Positions 12,101-25,340 of a stretch of 64,000 bases of DNA are shown here, one piece after another. The first letter of the stretch is position 1, and each line of letters begins with the position of its first letter. A program made the translations under genes and the position numbers. Below the pieces are notes generated by a model, which saw only the letters and a list, made by a program, of their open reading frames with translations, was not told the DNA's origin and made no database searches. Source of the DNA: Lingula anatina (Eukaryota; Animalia; Brachiopoda); contig CM120646.1 of NCBI GenBank assembly GCA_051362555.1, forward strand, positions 6,820,001-6,884,000. The letters run 5' to 3'.

Positions 12101-14105
12101 AGATATGCACCTGGAACCGTATATTGGGTTAAACTCATTGTCTATTATATTTTTTACGAATCATTTTATCCATATGTTCAATCTACACAACTAGTTAATC
12201 ATTCAGATTTCAATCTCCCATTGTTTATTTTTTATCATTATTTTATTTATTTAATTATTATTATTATTATTTATTTATTTTTGAAAAGTTGAGAGGGCGT
12301 TGACACCGAATTCCTAGTGAATAAATTTTTACAGAATAATATTTATAATAAATAACGTCGCTGAATTAATCATATGAAAAAGAACCAGTGTATATGATAA
12401 TGTATTCAAATTCTTTACAAATTTTATAAAGACTGTACTTTAAGATTATCTATTACAAAAAAAAAACCTTATGAATATGTAATGATTATGTAACACAAAC
12501 CACAAACGTGGGCGAAGATTTTCTATCACTGCTTCAGCGCACATATGTACGTACAGAAGCGCAGTCTTTTATCAACGATTTGTGCGATTCTTTTCACCTC
12601 TTCTGTTGAATAGGCACTAGGTAAATGTTATAATTTGAGATCCAAGTATTATCCGTGATGCTTACATTCGCACATATATTTTCTATTAGATTTATTTTGT
12701 GTTCTAATAGAGGAAGTAGCCACGAAAGTGCTGGGCTAATTTTCGTAAGTATCTCAGTTAGCTTTTTTTTCTCACCATTGCCTTTACCTCAGCTGCAAGC
12801 TTTGAGTGGCTAACGCTGCGAGAATTTCCCGAGGTAGCCTGCCTGGCAAATTGTTAAGACAAGGGACTGGCCGTGAACGCAAAAAAGCAATAAATTATAA
12901 AGACAGTTTCTCTTTTCACTTACACTCTTCATATTGTCTTAGTTGAATTCCTTTGTGGCATACCAACAAGTCTGGGGATCTCTTTTTATTCATTATGATA
13001 GGTTGAATAATACTATGGCATGATTTGAAGTATTATTCACTTTTTTAAAAAAAATTTTACCTTTTAATTTCTATTTCATTTCATTTTGTTCTTATTTTTG
13101 TTCACTTTCAAGAATATTTATAAAGCTAAATACTTGCATTTTCTACTGCATGTTTTCTTGAATAAATGTACCTCCATGAAATTAAAAACAGTACAATATA
13201 TATCCAATGATATATCCAATTTTTATGCATAATTTCGTGAATGCTCACTCATGTTACGTAGTATTACTTCTGTTGCGTCACCTCATTTGTCACAATACTC
13301 TGCTTAAATATGTATGTTTATATATTTATCATCATAATCGCGATTTTATAAAAAATACTTTGTTTCGGACAGTGTGGGTACTTTTGCTCATTCATAACAT
13401 ATGTAGAACTTATTTTGACAAAGGAGGCTTTGCCCTAGCTTTTAAATTGCCAACAACTGCGAAAATTTACAGCTTCTAGCTGTAAATATAAAAGGTAAGC
13501 AGTTGGAAATCGTACAAAAGCCATAGGGTAAAATGTTTTTCTCTGACGGGCTCATCCCGTAGAAGAATGGCTTGGTGTGCTGTTTCTTTATCACGAACGA
13601 GATGGTTGTTTCTACCTCAGCTAAAAGCGTAAGTCGTATATCATCGTTATGCTTTTAGACAGCTATAATCTAGGCTTCCTGAATCGGAAGGGGGAGCTAA
13701 AGTGACAGTTCAATAATTCATATAACTTTATGTGAACTTTAATCGGTTGTCACGGTTCAACTTAAATTGGACAAAGATCGACGTTGCGGGACGCCTGGCC
13801 GCTCTGTCGTCTGCTAGATATTTCGGGAAGCAAAAGAGGTCATAATTTGAAGCAAAATATGCACATTTCTGGTGTGAAATTGTTACCTTTGTACAAATCT
13901 AAAATCAGTTTATGTTCTTCGTCAGTCATAATAATTCACTGTCGTCTGCCTACCCCCTCTCCCCCTAAAAATATAATAATTTGGTGTGGCCAACTCCATA
14001 ATGTGCGAGAGTAAAAAAATATCTTTCAACTTTTGCGTGAATATTTTATGCAAAATGATTATGTAATCATTTGAGAAGTATGGCTTGCGTCTTGGATATG
14101 TATAT

Positions 14106-14138
<33 letters not shown>

Positions 14139-15205
14139 ATTATATTCAGCATCATTGTATCGTCTGCCGAATGTACGTGTCTTCAAACGTAGAATTACAA
14201 ATATAGGTGAAAAGAAGCTTCGTCTGAATATCTACTCAACTCCTTGTTTTTTTTACCTTTGCCAAGGTCAAATAGTAATTCTTGTTCGCGCGTCGATTTT
14301 TATCAGCTCTAAAAAGACTCGCTCGGCTGGTGGCAGCATTTGAACTTGCACTGTAGGCTTTTTTCTAGGAATTCTCGGTCAGCTGAATACGCTATCTAGC
14401 ATGTTAAAATGTCGAACGGCGTGCAGTGAAAGTTTTATCCCAAGTGAAAAAGTCGAAAAAAGGTTAAATCAAAAGTGCGGATTAAATGACCAATATTATA
14501 TACTATATATATATCAGTGCAGCTTAAGCCGAATTCTCTACGGAAATATGTCCTTTTCTATCAGTTGGTAAATTATATTTAAAAAAGATTCAGATTCCGT
14601 GCTGTACGAAGTTGCCTGAGTGTGATCAGTACTGATTAAGCATTTATTAACACGCTGTAATGAGTAAACTGTTATTATTCATATATGAATTATACGCACA
14701 GCAATTTTACACTGAAACCCATCCCTCTTTCTTGCTTTGTCCTAGATATAGTCTCAAGCAACCATATCTTTATTACATATGTAAATTGACCTTCACTTTT
14801 TCTGCACTCAATTTAGCTGTGTACCTAAAACAGCCTTCATTCACCGCACCTCAGTTACTGCCCATGTTTACTGGCACTGAAAAAACCTTCACCTGGATTG
14901 GTTCAGATCATCGACCTGTCCCTGTGCTTTCCATCCCCTTTACCCCGTTCAGACGCCCTGGACATAAACATATATCACCAGCGTTCCATTCCAATTCACC
15001 GAGTGATTGCTGACTATCCTAACCGTGGTAACGGTCGCAGCATCAACGCGTTATTGCACGTCCCCCCTCCCCCCCCCCCCCCATTTCCTCTCCCTCAGGG
15101 CCCAACCGGACCATGCCCTAGATCCCCTATTTTTATTTTTTCATAAAGAGGTTTTAATTTAATCTTTCCATCGCCACAGCACATGGGCAGTCAGCGTACA
15201 CTTAC

Positions 15206-15353
15206 CCGGCCGACCACGTCGTGACGTTCGCCCAATCTCGCGCCCTGTCGCGCGAGGCTGGAGATAGTCGATGGTATCGGAGATACATGGAGCCGTAACG
15301 CCCCATGTTTCTATGGACGGGGCACGGGCAGCTTCGCGGGTGAGGTTCCACAT
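15206..15353 (-). CDS. Candidate alternative first coding exon of Lox4 (49 codons + 1 nt)
   Basis: GC-rich island within the AT-rich intron. ATG at 15353 with an in-frame upstream TAA; consensus donor CCGG|GTAAGTG at 15205 in phase 1, in frame with the homeobox exon. Confidence 0.35.
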
Positions 15354-18300
15354 GTAGACTTCACGACATGTATTTTATTTCCTCCCCGCCTGAATCTGAT
15401 CTAAGACATTTGTAAAGAATGGCCTGAAATGTAAGCTTGGTGGTGGTAGGTTGGACTGAGTCGAGATGGAAAGAGAGATTAAATGTTTGTCCGTCGTAGT
15501 CACCATTGTGTCGCGTCTAACCCGCATTGCTTTGGGTTTTTAATGGTAGTCTTTAGGGACGAAGGTTTCTGCTTTTACGGTTTTATGTTTTCACATTTCA
15601 TATTTTAAAAGTCTTATCATATATAATGTTCATCAATGTCTCCGGTGTCCCATCTGTCTTGTCAAATTCGCTCAGTCTTTCCAGCCTCTTTCATCTCAGG
15701 GGGCTACATTTTAACTCTATACACACATGCCGCATCTCTCACACTCACTAAATAAATCGACCTATACAACCAAGAAACCAACTTTAACTACTTACCTAAC
15801 TAATATAATTAGCTTACCGATTGTTTAACTCGCTGAAAAAATTTTGATAAAAGAACTTAGTTAAAAAAAATTAACAACTCGAATGAGTAGCTAACTAACT
15901 CATAAGCTATCTAAGGAAATAAAGAACCAACTTACTAGTGATCAAACTGACTAACTAACAGACCATATAACTGGCCATTTAGCCACATATCTGTCTTCAT
16001 ATGTGCATTTTGATATTGCATACAAACATTTACTACCCTCCGCCGTCTGGCTTCCGCTAGAATTTCATTTGTCCTTGTGCCTTTTCTAGTATGGCACTTG
16101 TTAATTTTTTTTAATTCAATTTTATGCAAATCAATTTGTTGTATCCAAAAAAAAAGTTGATTGTGCATTTACCCATACCTATTTTTTTTAATTTGCAAAT
16201 TCATTTTAAAATAACGATACCCTTTCTATGCTAAGACAGAAAATCACAATGCCTTTTTAATAGGAGCCATTTATCGCTATGCTCCATATCTTTGAAGCAC
16301 TATAAATACGTAACTGATATTATAATGGATCTACATGTAACACTGATACATGATTATAGTAGAGACACACTCTCTAAATCTAATTAGGGCAGAAAACTGG
16401 TAAAATGCAGGCGCAAGTCTGTAAAGAAATCGACACTCTTTTTTAAATCATGTCTTGTCCTCAAAAGCACATTTTCAATTTCCTCTTCCGAAGTCAAATT
16501 CTTTAGGTATCATTGGAAATAAATCACTCCCAGACCATACACACGTTAACAGACATCAAGTGCCCCATCAGAGATGTAATAAAACGGAAGGACGCTTCTT
16601 ATCGACTTGATTAAAGGCATCTCCGGACGGCAAACAATCCGAAAAAAAAAAATTGAAAAGAAAGAAAGAAAGAAAGAAAGAAAAGATAATCAGCCTTTGT
16701 TGTAATTTTCATCTGGTATCTCAAATATGACAGAAATATTTAGACATGTCATTTATCATAACTGTAATCTTATTTAGTAAAATTAATTCACTTAAAGCTG
16801 GAATATTATAGACACGTTAAAATTCAGTCCTTTTTTCTTTTTATTTTTCAGTGAGGTTGTTTTTAAATCTGTGCCTGTGGTACGTCGTTCACAATGGCAC
16901 CGTTGCTTATTATCACGGATACGTGAAATCTCGTAAGTATTGTTTTTAATAGCATACAATATACCCAATAGGGATCCTTGCCATTGTTCTGGCTAAATAC
17001 ATACGATTCAACAAATGCAATGCTAAGTGATGTCACGAGTGGCAAAAAAGTATATACACCATGTAAAAAATCTCTCGTCATTCATCTTACAAAAAAACTG
17101 CCGACAGCTATTACAACTCTTCTTCCCCATTTTTTGTCTGTGTTCTTCGTATCTGTGTGTGTGTTCTGATGGTTCTGCCCAAAACTAACTGCCCTTCCGT
17201 TCTAGAGTCAATTTAAAAGCTATAAACAACATGTACGATCTTGGCAAACATGGTTTCCAACTTAGTTTGAAGGGCGAGAAAAACATGGCGTAAGACGGAC
17301 CGCAGACGACTTTTCAAGAGGAGTTTTTGTAGGCTATGGGCTCATTTCTTTCTACTGTAGGTTAAATTACTCCTTGTATTTGACTCTCTCTTGCCGTCTG
17401 TCGTATTTCCTCGCTCTCCTCCCCCCCTCTCTCACATACCTTTTCTGTCGTATAGCAAACCACTCAATGTTCCTCTACTACAATATTTCTTTATTTTCTT
17501 TTTTTACTTTTCTTTATGGGGGGTTATTTTCTTTTGTTTGTACAATTGCCTATTTCGTTATCATGAATTATGTTTTCGCACCCTTCACAAAAACATTTAA
17601 GTGGTTAAACGATCCATTGTTTTCGTGTTATCATCAACAGAATTGCACCTAAGAACAACGCAATTACCTAGTCATATATTTAATAAAAGAAAAAAAAGAC
17701 AGGGGAATTCGAAAATTTAACTGCTTTATACAGTATATAGTACAGTCCTATGTGGAAAATAGAACATAATATTTTTCACCCTGTTTCTGTCGTAACCTTC
17801 ATGATGCACTCTTTCTACCTTTCAAAACCACTTAAGACGTGTTTCGGTCATTCCTAACAGTTTGATTTACAAGCGGTCAGCTTGAAGATTTTCCCTTGTG
17901 TAATGTGTGAGAAAAAGAAGTTACAGCTGCAGAGAAATGTATTCTTTCTGTAGAGTTGAACAACATTTTTACGGCGCAGAAAATTACTTTAACGTCTCAC
18001 ACCACTTACACGGGGCAAACCTCTAATGGGTGTAGTATTTAAAAAACTGATTTAATCTTTCATTGGTATAAAATGTACCAATCCACCCTCAAACGAACGC
18101 GTTCGCGGTTGTACACACTTGAAACGATTTACGGTTTTCTGACAACTATGAATTATTCAAAATGCCACAAACAGGGAAAGTGATTATATTAGTTAATGAA
18201 TCGCATAACTTTATATAGACTTGATATATATTTTATGAAGTTTAATTACGAAATTGTTTGACATGCGTAAATCAATGTAGTTCTGATGATGTCACTCTCT

Positions 18301-20080
18301 GTATAGTGTCTTTATTTGCCAAACACTCATTTTATTTCTCCATGATTTATGCTACGTTCATATTCTGAATGCAAAATGGGGATTGATTTATTAGTCTTAA
18401 TTCAATGATCTGCTTGCATATGTTTTGATAGAGAAAATACAACAAGGAGAACTACGAGTGCCCTTTCACCAACATGGCTTAAGTTCAGAATAAAATGTGC
18501 TAATTACATATTAATTGTCATATCAATAGTTCATAAAAAAAAGTATCAAGTGTCTTGTTAAATAAAATAAATAAATTATTTTTTTTCTCTTGCCGTACAA
18601 CAATGTGTTTCTTTTTAGAGTTATTTACCGCTAGAAAAGAGGGAGATACATGGTGCCAACCGAATTTTGATGAGTTTGGATAATAAAGATAATATCTTTC
18701 CATCAAACAGAAAACATCACACAAAATAACCCCTCCCATCACGCAAACAAAAGAAAAAAACTGATTCAAAATAAAGCTAAAATAACATTACTTTTCCATT
18801 TCTTACTACACATCACTATCAGCTGTTGGATCTCGCTTTTACTAGTATACGGGACAGCGTCTTGACATGGGCAAAGACACACACTTAGACCTGCATCTTT
18901 TTCAGTCTTGATCGTATTGAGTCAGTCTTCCTTAGATTTGGCTTTGTCCTTATAGTGGAAACTCGCTGTAGTCCCCGCTCCCGCATGTAGTCAGGTGATT
19001 TTCAGTTTATTTGAGTTTACCAAAAGGCGTCTGATTAGCCAGCTGCTGCATTCTTCACTTCTATATACCGGCATTTAGCGTCGTCTGATGACGTCACAAG
19101 GACCTGAACAAGTCCAGGTTTGGCTCTGACCCTGTGTGAGCGCGCCCGGTGTTTCACCGCTACTGCCGCTATGGTCTCGGGGAAGGATTTATAGGGCACT
19201 TGTGTATCTTACTCTGAGCTCAATGGGAAAACAAATTAAGCACTAGACACGCAGAGGTGACCCGTAGACTGTGCTACTATTTCAGAACATAAAAGGTTAA
19301 GTGCAGATATTTGGCTAGAGTCTGTGGAAAATTATCCCCGTGAAAGATTGCCCTCTTTTACTTACAAATTATCGGCCAGATTTAAGTCGACTCGGTGGCT
19401 TGTATGTTATGCAATGAATTGCAATACGCCCTGCGTCTTTTGTGTGAGAGCAAAATGTTGAAGTTCTTTTTTAACTTGCAAATTAATGGCGTTTAAATCT
19501 CCCTGCACGATAAAAAAGTTTCGCCGGCTTTTTCACTGAACCAAATGATAAGAATTCTCCTAGTAGGCCTATATTTTTTTCTTAAATTTAGCGTATGTTT
19601 GATAATGGCAGTGAAAATGGGTGAGGCAAATATGCATGTATATTGCAATGTTTTGCATTAAAACATTCATGAAAAACGCAGAAGCATTTTCAAATGAACA
19701 CTGAATTATAAATTCACACCAATATCCAACAAAATAAATCACCTCAGCGTCGACAAACACAAATTAACATGGGAAAACATGTGTAACTAGTAATTTACTC
19801 CCGTTCCTAACAAACATTATGAAAAATTGCCCTACAACCTGTTGGTTCAAGCCCTGGACATTTCTTTCTTCCTCCCAAAAAATGACAAGAAAAATGCAAA
19901 TTTTTGACATACGCGCGCACGTGTAAACCGACATTATATGTTGCACTTCTGCGAAAGCTGTATACAGATATTTTGTAAACCATTATGAGTTGATTAATTT
20001 TAACAATTGAAATTCCAAGCAAGGCTACATTTAAGCGTTCCAGAGCAATGATTTCTTTCTATATGTTTGATTTTTGTTGT

Positions 20081-20090
20081 ATGTGTGTGT

Positions 20091-20152
<62 letters not shown>
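20081..20152. repeat. Compound (TG)n(GA)n microsatellite
   Basis: Read directly from the sequence. Confidence 0.95.
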
Positions 20153-20685
20153 AATCTCATCACGTCAGTGGACTAATTATCCAGCATATATTTTTTATCA
20201 CAAAAATACGTATCCGCTACGCTATGACCCTAACCTTCGTCCCAACATTGTCACCCCGAATCATGAACAGCAGTGTGCCTGACGGTTGCTACGTCTAGTT
20301 AAACCGTGGAGACGGCTCCGCAATTCTTCTTTCTCGTGGGTGGACATTTTGAACGCCAACAATCACAGAGAAACAAGCGCCTTGTATTTTAAAAGACGGG
20401 GGAGTAAGACCAGGTTTTGTTCACAGACAGGTGACTTTGTACCGTCTACGTTTAAAGACACGAAGATAACAGACCGAATAAATGGGCCGGCTGAAAAGAA
20501 ACGGGAGTTTTATTTCGTTCAAACGGGGCATTTATTTGTCTTAGTTGTTTGAACTGAACTCTATATTTCACTGGAGTATCATAAATTATGTGAAATTACT
20601 TCGCTCAGCTTCTACCTGACTCCGGTCGGAGGGTAAAAAAGGGACGCGTCCACGCTTGGCTACGACAGGTCGATCTGAAGGGCCT

Positions 20686-20853
20686 GGTGTGACAGGAATG
20701 GAAGTCCGCTAGAAACCCTAGCCCGTTCCCCATTACTTTGTACAGGTGACATTCGTCCCATGTTCAAACTCCAATACCCCAACTAACCCTAACATATACT
20801 AATCAAATGGGAGCCCGGACTTTCATTCCTAGGACTACCATTCCTTTCACACC
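20686..20853. mobile_element. MITE-like element (~168 bp) with 22-bp terminal inverted repeats
   Basis: GGTGTGACAGGAATGGAAGTCC (20686-20707) versus the reverse complement of 20832-20853, GGTGTGAAAGGAATGGTAGTCC (20/22 identical). An internal partial copy GGACTTTCATTCCT and AACCCTA motifs are present. No clear target-site duplication. Confidence 0.6.
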
Positions 20854-23475
20854 CGCACTAGATCCCTAACTTTCTGAATATAACGATCTTATCACAATGC
20901 ACATTGCCAATCATATCGTTGGTTCAGGTCTTAGTTTTATTGTCTCATTCAGCTGTTATCGATCTTTTATACAACTTAACGAATGTAAGACGCGGAATGC
21001 ACTAGATTTTGTCAGATGTATAATTTAATTAAAATGTTTGCTTGTTTTTCAGACTAAAAATAGCATAAAATGCAAATCTAAAATTCATATAATCTTTTTA
21101 ATTGTTACTGGACCTGTCTGTGTTACTAGTGTAACTCTATTCTAACTTGTAGATGCAGTCAGTGTTGTTTGGCAGTTTCCTGAACAGTACCGGTAGGATA
21201 CATGTCGTAACAGTAGAGGAGGATTTGATGACTGAAAATCACCATACCAGAAATATTACATTTGCTGTTAAGTTAAAATCGTTCTTAATTGTACATAAAA
21301 TAGGTGTCCGGGCGTTAAATGGAATTAAAAAATATCATACTTACTGATTTCATAATTTTAGAATCTTTGAAGCAAAGGAAGCTTTTTGTTTTGAGATTAA
21401 CAACCAGAAATGGAATCATTTAAGTTTACAAGAATATGTCACGACTTGGTTAATTTTTGGGGCACGCTTTGTATGCAGATTATAAACTTCAAACGTTTTT
21501 TGTTTCATATTTCCTTTGTACTTGTCATATATAATAACGTCGAACGCCTCTTCCTATGAAAGGTGCGAAACAGTTGTTTAGATCTTGCAAAATAGTGAGC
21601 ATTTATTCGTAAGCCACTGTTAGAGAACCCAGATGTTGGCTGCTTTAATGCTGCCATTGCAAAACGGGATAAAATACCATCTTTGGGGTAGTACAGTTAG
21701 CAAATCCTGTCTCGACTTTGGGTCAGTTTGATCCCAGTACTGTCAATATAATAACAATTGTGATTAAAAAGGACGTGGTCCTCAACCTTTAAATCTGTCT
21801 GTGATAATTCACTTCGATTGACCCTATAATAGATTTTAATATTTCAATACTTTTTACCTAAAACACATACTGAAATTTTCTTAAAAGATGGCCAAGAACG
21901 TCATCAGAAACAATCTATACTAAATATGTTTAAAATCAGTTTTATGAGTATAATACTAATTTTCCTATTTTTTTCTAAAATTCAGACCGTTTTGTATTAA
22001 GAACAAAATGCATATGACGCTTCTAAAAGCAGTGTTCTTCCTATTACGTAGCCTGAATTTTATTTTACTAACATATGGGTATACATAATGTGCTTATAGC
22101 AACAAAATTGAATCGATAGAAAAAAAAAAAAAGAAAATAGAAAAAACAAAAGAAAAAAAAAACGGTGAAGCAAAATGCACGAATTAACCAATTATTTGTA
22201 ATAATCGTGCACAACTTTCTAGTAATACATGAAAAATGATTTTGATTTTGATAAAAAGAAATTAAAATTCTACTTTTAATTGTCAATGACTTATGCTGAT
22301 GCAAAAACAAAAATAAATCTTTAGGCATAATAATATAAGCGAATAAAAATGGTGGCAATGGAAATTTAAATAAATTATGAAGTTATTTAGAAGTAATTCA
22401 TATTATAAACTCAAAACATAAAATTTGCTTAAGTAACAAAAATTTGTAAAGTTATTAAACCACTGGTGACGAGATGAAACCTTTTCAGTAAATAAACCAA
22501 AAATATAGTCAATACGTTTTTTTTTTCAATAATTTTATCCAATGATTCAATGATAATACCACAAAATGTAATACATATAAGAAAGACAGAAAGAACCTAA
22601 ACACATTTAAATGGAATTTTCGGAAATAAAACTTTGATTAAACCAAACAAATATTTTGTGCCATGCGTTTCCTGGTAATGAAAGTCTTTTGAATTTTTTT
22701 CCAGATTATGAATGAGAGAAAAAAACTTCTTGAACATGATACGCTTTCCATTGTTTCAATACTCGGCATCCTGGTTTGGACAAGCTAAGGTGAAGCAAAA
22801 CCCACAGCGAGGCGGTTTTGAAGAATCTTTTTAGTTTGCCCTCGTCTCGCTGACTCCCAACTCGTATACCGCAACACCACGCTAGAGAGAATCAGAAGAC
22901 GAAGTACGGCGCGAGATTTATGGGCCCCAGTTCGAATGGCTTCATAAAGCCCTCGAAAGAAAGTTACTGCGTGTCTTAAAGCGTGTTTTATTATGTTAAC
23001 TTATATTAGGCGCATCCTTCCGATGATGAAGATTTCTTAAAGAGGGGGTACGAAATTAGCCACGGGGTTTTAAAATACCTGGGAGGTGTGAAAAGTGATA
23101 AAAGTGCATCTTGGCTGGATTACAAGACTGATGATTAGGGGAAGTGATTTTTTATTGTTTTACGCCCCAATGAAACAAGTTTTATGGCTGACCAGCCAAA
23201 ACCAGGCTACTGGGAGTTTGTTTAATATGTCCAACAGAGTGGAATTTGACAGTCGATTTTGTTTATCTTTTATTGTATTTTATTGTCAATTCCTAGCCAC
23301 TGTTCACATTATTGCCGACGAATTGTGATTTGATTTTGAATTTGGAAAATGTTAGGACAAGCAATGAATTTTTAAAACTTGCATCTTAATCCACATTTAC
23401 AACAGGCTTTTTTCTAGTTCACTTCTTCAACACGCATTATAAAATTCCAAACCTGTACATGTAAAGTCTAATGAC

Positions 23476-23518
<43 letters not shown>

Positions 23519-23520
23519 TT
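23476..23520. repeat. (TTTA)n microsatellite
   Basis: Read directly from the sequence. Confidence 0.9.
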
Positions 23521-24568
23521 GTTTTTAATAGTTTTATCGAGGAGTAAAAACATAATTTTATTATTATGAACTTTTATGGTAGCTAATTATAAGACATTTA
23601 TGTATTCTCCCGTTTGCTATTTATGTCTATAATTTTTCATATTTTTATACATAATTATTTCATTTTCTACCATTGAAATTCAACCCTCAAAATTTGTTCA
23701 TTATAATAAGAACAATTTGCTATACAATATTTCCTCGTCTTCGACCCCAAGTAAACATTCGGAACTAAACATTATGAGTGAATGGAAAACAGAACAAGAA
23801 AATGAAGACACAATATGATAGAATAATTAATTAAACATGGCATAGCAAACGGAACATGCTACTTAGATTATTTCCTGAGTGAATGGAGAATCATCAACCG
23901 CGTGCGCTGAGGAATCCCAAAGCCACAAACACGACATATAAAAAAGGCACACAAGGTACCCCCTCCCAATAAATTATACTGTCAATGTAGTGGTCAACAT
24001 AGACTCAATGACAGAGACTCTTAGGATTTGATAACAACACGTCCAGAGTTGTAAACATTCAGGTCAACAGAAAGCAGAGATATGTAGGTTACGATGTACT
24101 GGTAGACATTTCTTTTCAATGGCCGTTTCCAATCAGGCACCTAAGGTTACTGTAACTTTTTTCTGTATAAATGTACAAGACGACATTTTAAGTAACACGT
24201 TTTGACCAGATTGGTCCTTAACAAGCTCGTACATGTATTTATTTGGGGGTGTGAGGATTTCTGACCTGTTGGTGGTTAATTTGTCACTGCATCAGTTAAT
24301 AAAAAGGAAAGTGACTAAGAAATCAGGGTTCAGAAGTGAAGGGGCAGTACGCAATATTACGTGCACAATGTCTACAACTTTTTCTCTAATACAGGGCAGC
24401 TGGTCACACAATGTCTTTAAATTATTGTTCTGTAGTTTGAGAAACTGAATATAAGGTCTGTAAGACGGTGCAATGTGAAAGGTAGCATGAATCAATTTTG
24501 AACTAAAATTCGGCTAATCCCTAGTCTAAAGAAAATCTACAAATAATTCTAATTCTACAAGTACTGAC

Positions 24569-25061
24569 CTACAATGCCCATCCACGGGTAAAATGGGGTG
24601 GCTGAATATCCGTTGGGAGATATGGAACACGAGTTCATACCGGAGTTTTCCGTCCCGACCGAAGTTTGGTAGGCTGCGCTGACGGCCCTTTGTTCCGCCG
24701 CCGAGGCAGCCCAGGCCTTCGAAGCGTAGTTCTGTAGATCGTTCCCGTTCACCTCTCCTGGCTGGCCACGCGAACACGACGTGAGATTCAATGGGTTCCC
24801 GGGGGCAACTAGCCCTTCTGTAAGCCCTGACCCGCACCCCACGCTGCCCCCGGCTCCCCCTCCGGGTCCGTATTGCCCCGTGGGCATGCACTGGTAGGCA
24901 GAGCTCAGTCCATGGGGCATGCTCTGAGGAAACGTGTACCCTGACCCGGGCCCGGGGGTCTCGTAGCGCGAGGGGATCCCCCCATAGTTACACGCCATAC
25001 TTGTCTGCATGGACTCACCATGGAGAGTTGACAAGAACGGGGAGGTATAGAAAGAGTTCAT
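24569..25061 (-). CDS. Lox4: Lox4 first coding exon (MNSFY... to hexapeptide FYPWM)
   Basis: Starts with a Hox-like N-terminus (MNSFY, compare MSSYF) and ends ATPFYPWMGIV-G. Donor G|GTCAGT at 24568 is phase 1 (493 nt = 164 codons + 1), matching the phase of the 4354 acceptor. The joined protein reads [19 protein letters not shown], about 287 aa. Confidence 0.92.
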
Positions 25062-25184
25062 TCTCGGTGTTTGCGAAGCGTGCACCTGGCTTGTTCTACA
25101 GCATTGCTCACAGCTTCCGAGTGTTTTGTTTGGTGTCGTCCTTCCACGAGAGCTGAACTCCCCTGTTCTCTGGTTCTTCACTCT

Positions 25185-25340
25185 CACCCCCACGTGGTCG
25201 CCAGAACAGAGCTGGACCTTAAGCACAAACTTATCCGATTATAAACACACCGAGTTTCAGATCTCTAAGGCAAATGATTTGCATACAAACACTGCCTAGA
25301 CAGCCAATTACGGCCTAGTTCCAATCTTGCCATTGCACGC
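25185..25340 (-). promoter_or_regulatory. Probable Lox4 core promoter / 5' leader region
   Basis: Directly upstream of exon 1. E-box CACGTG at 25191-25196, a TATA-like TTTATAAT on the minus strand near 25238-25245, octamer ATGCAAAT (minus, 25284-25277), and two CCAAT motifs at about 25304-25325. The TSS cannot be determined from sequence. Confidence 0.4.

Larger units (their letters stand above)
4355..24568 (-). other. Lox4: Lox4 intron (~20.2 kb, GT-AG, phase 1) in the hexapeptide-homeodomain linker
   Basis: GT at 24568-24567 and AG at 4356-4355. The position between YPWM and the homeodomain is the canonical Hox intron site, as in Ubx/abd-A. Confidence 0.88.

Noticed and set aside
19085-19115. 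CTGATGA followed by a short GTC/GAC stem, considered as a hammerhead ribozyme
   Set aside because: The required GAAA after stem II is missing, and no flanking stems or cleavage triplet fit.
25062-25226. 55-codon N-terminal extension of Lox4 exon 1 in the ORF track
   Set aside because: Begins at a non-ATG codon; the first ATG (25061) gives the Hox-typical MNSFY start.
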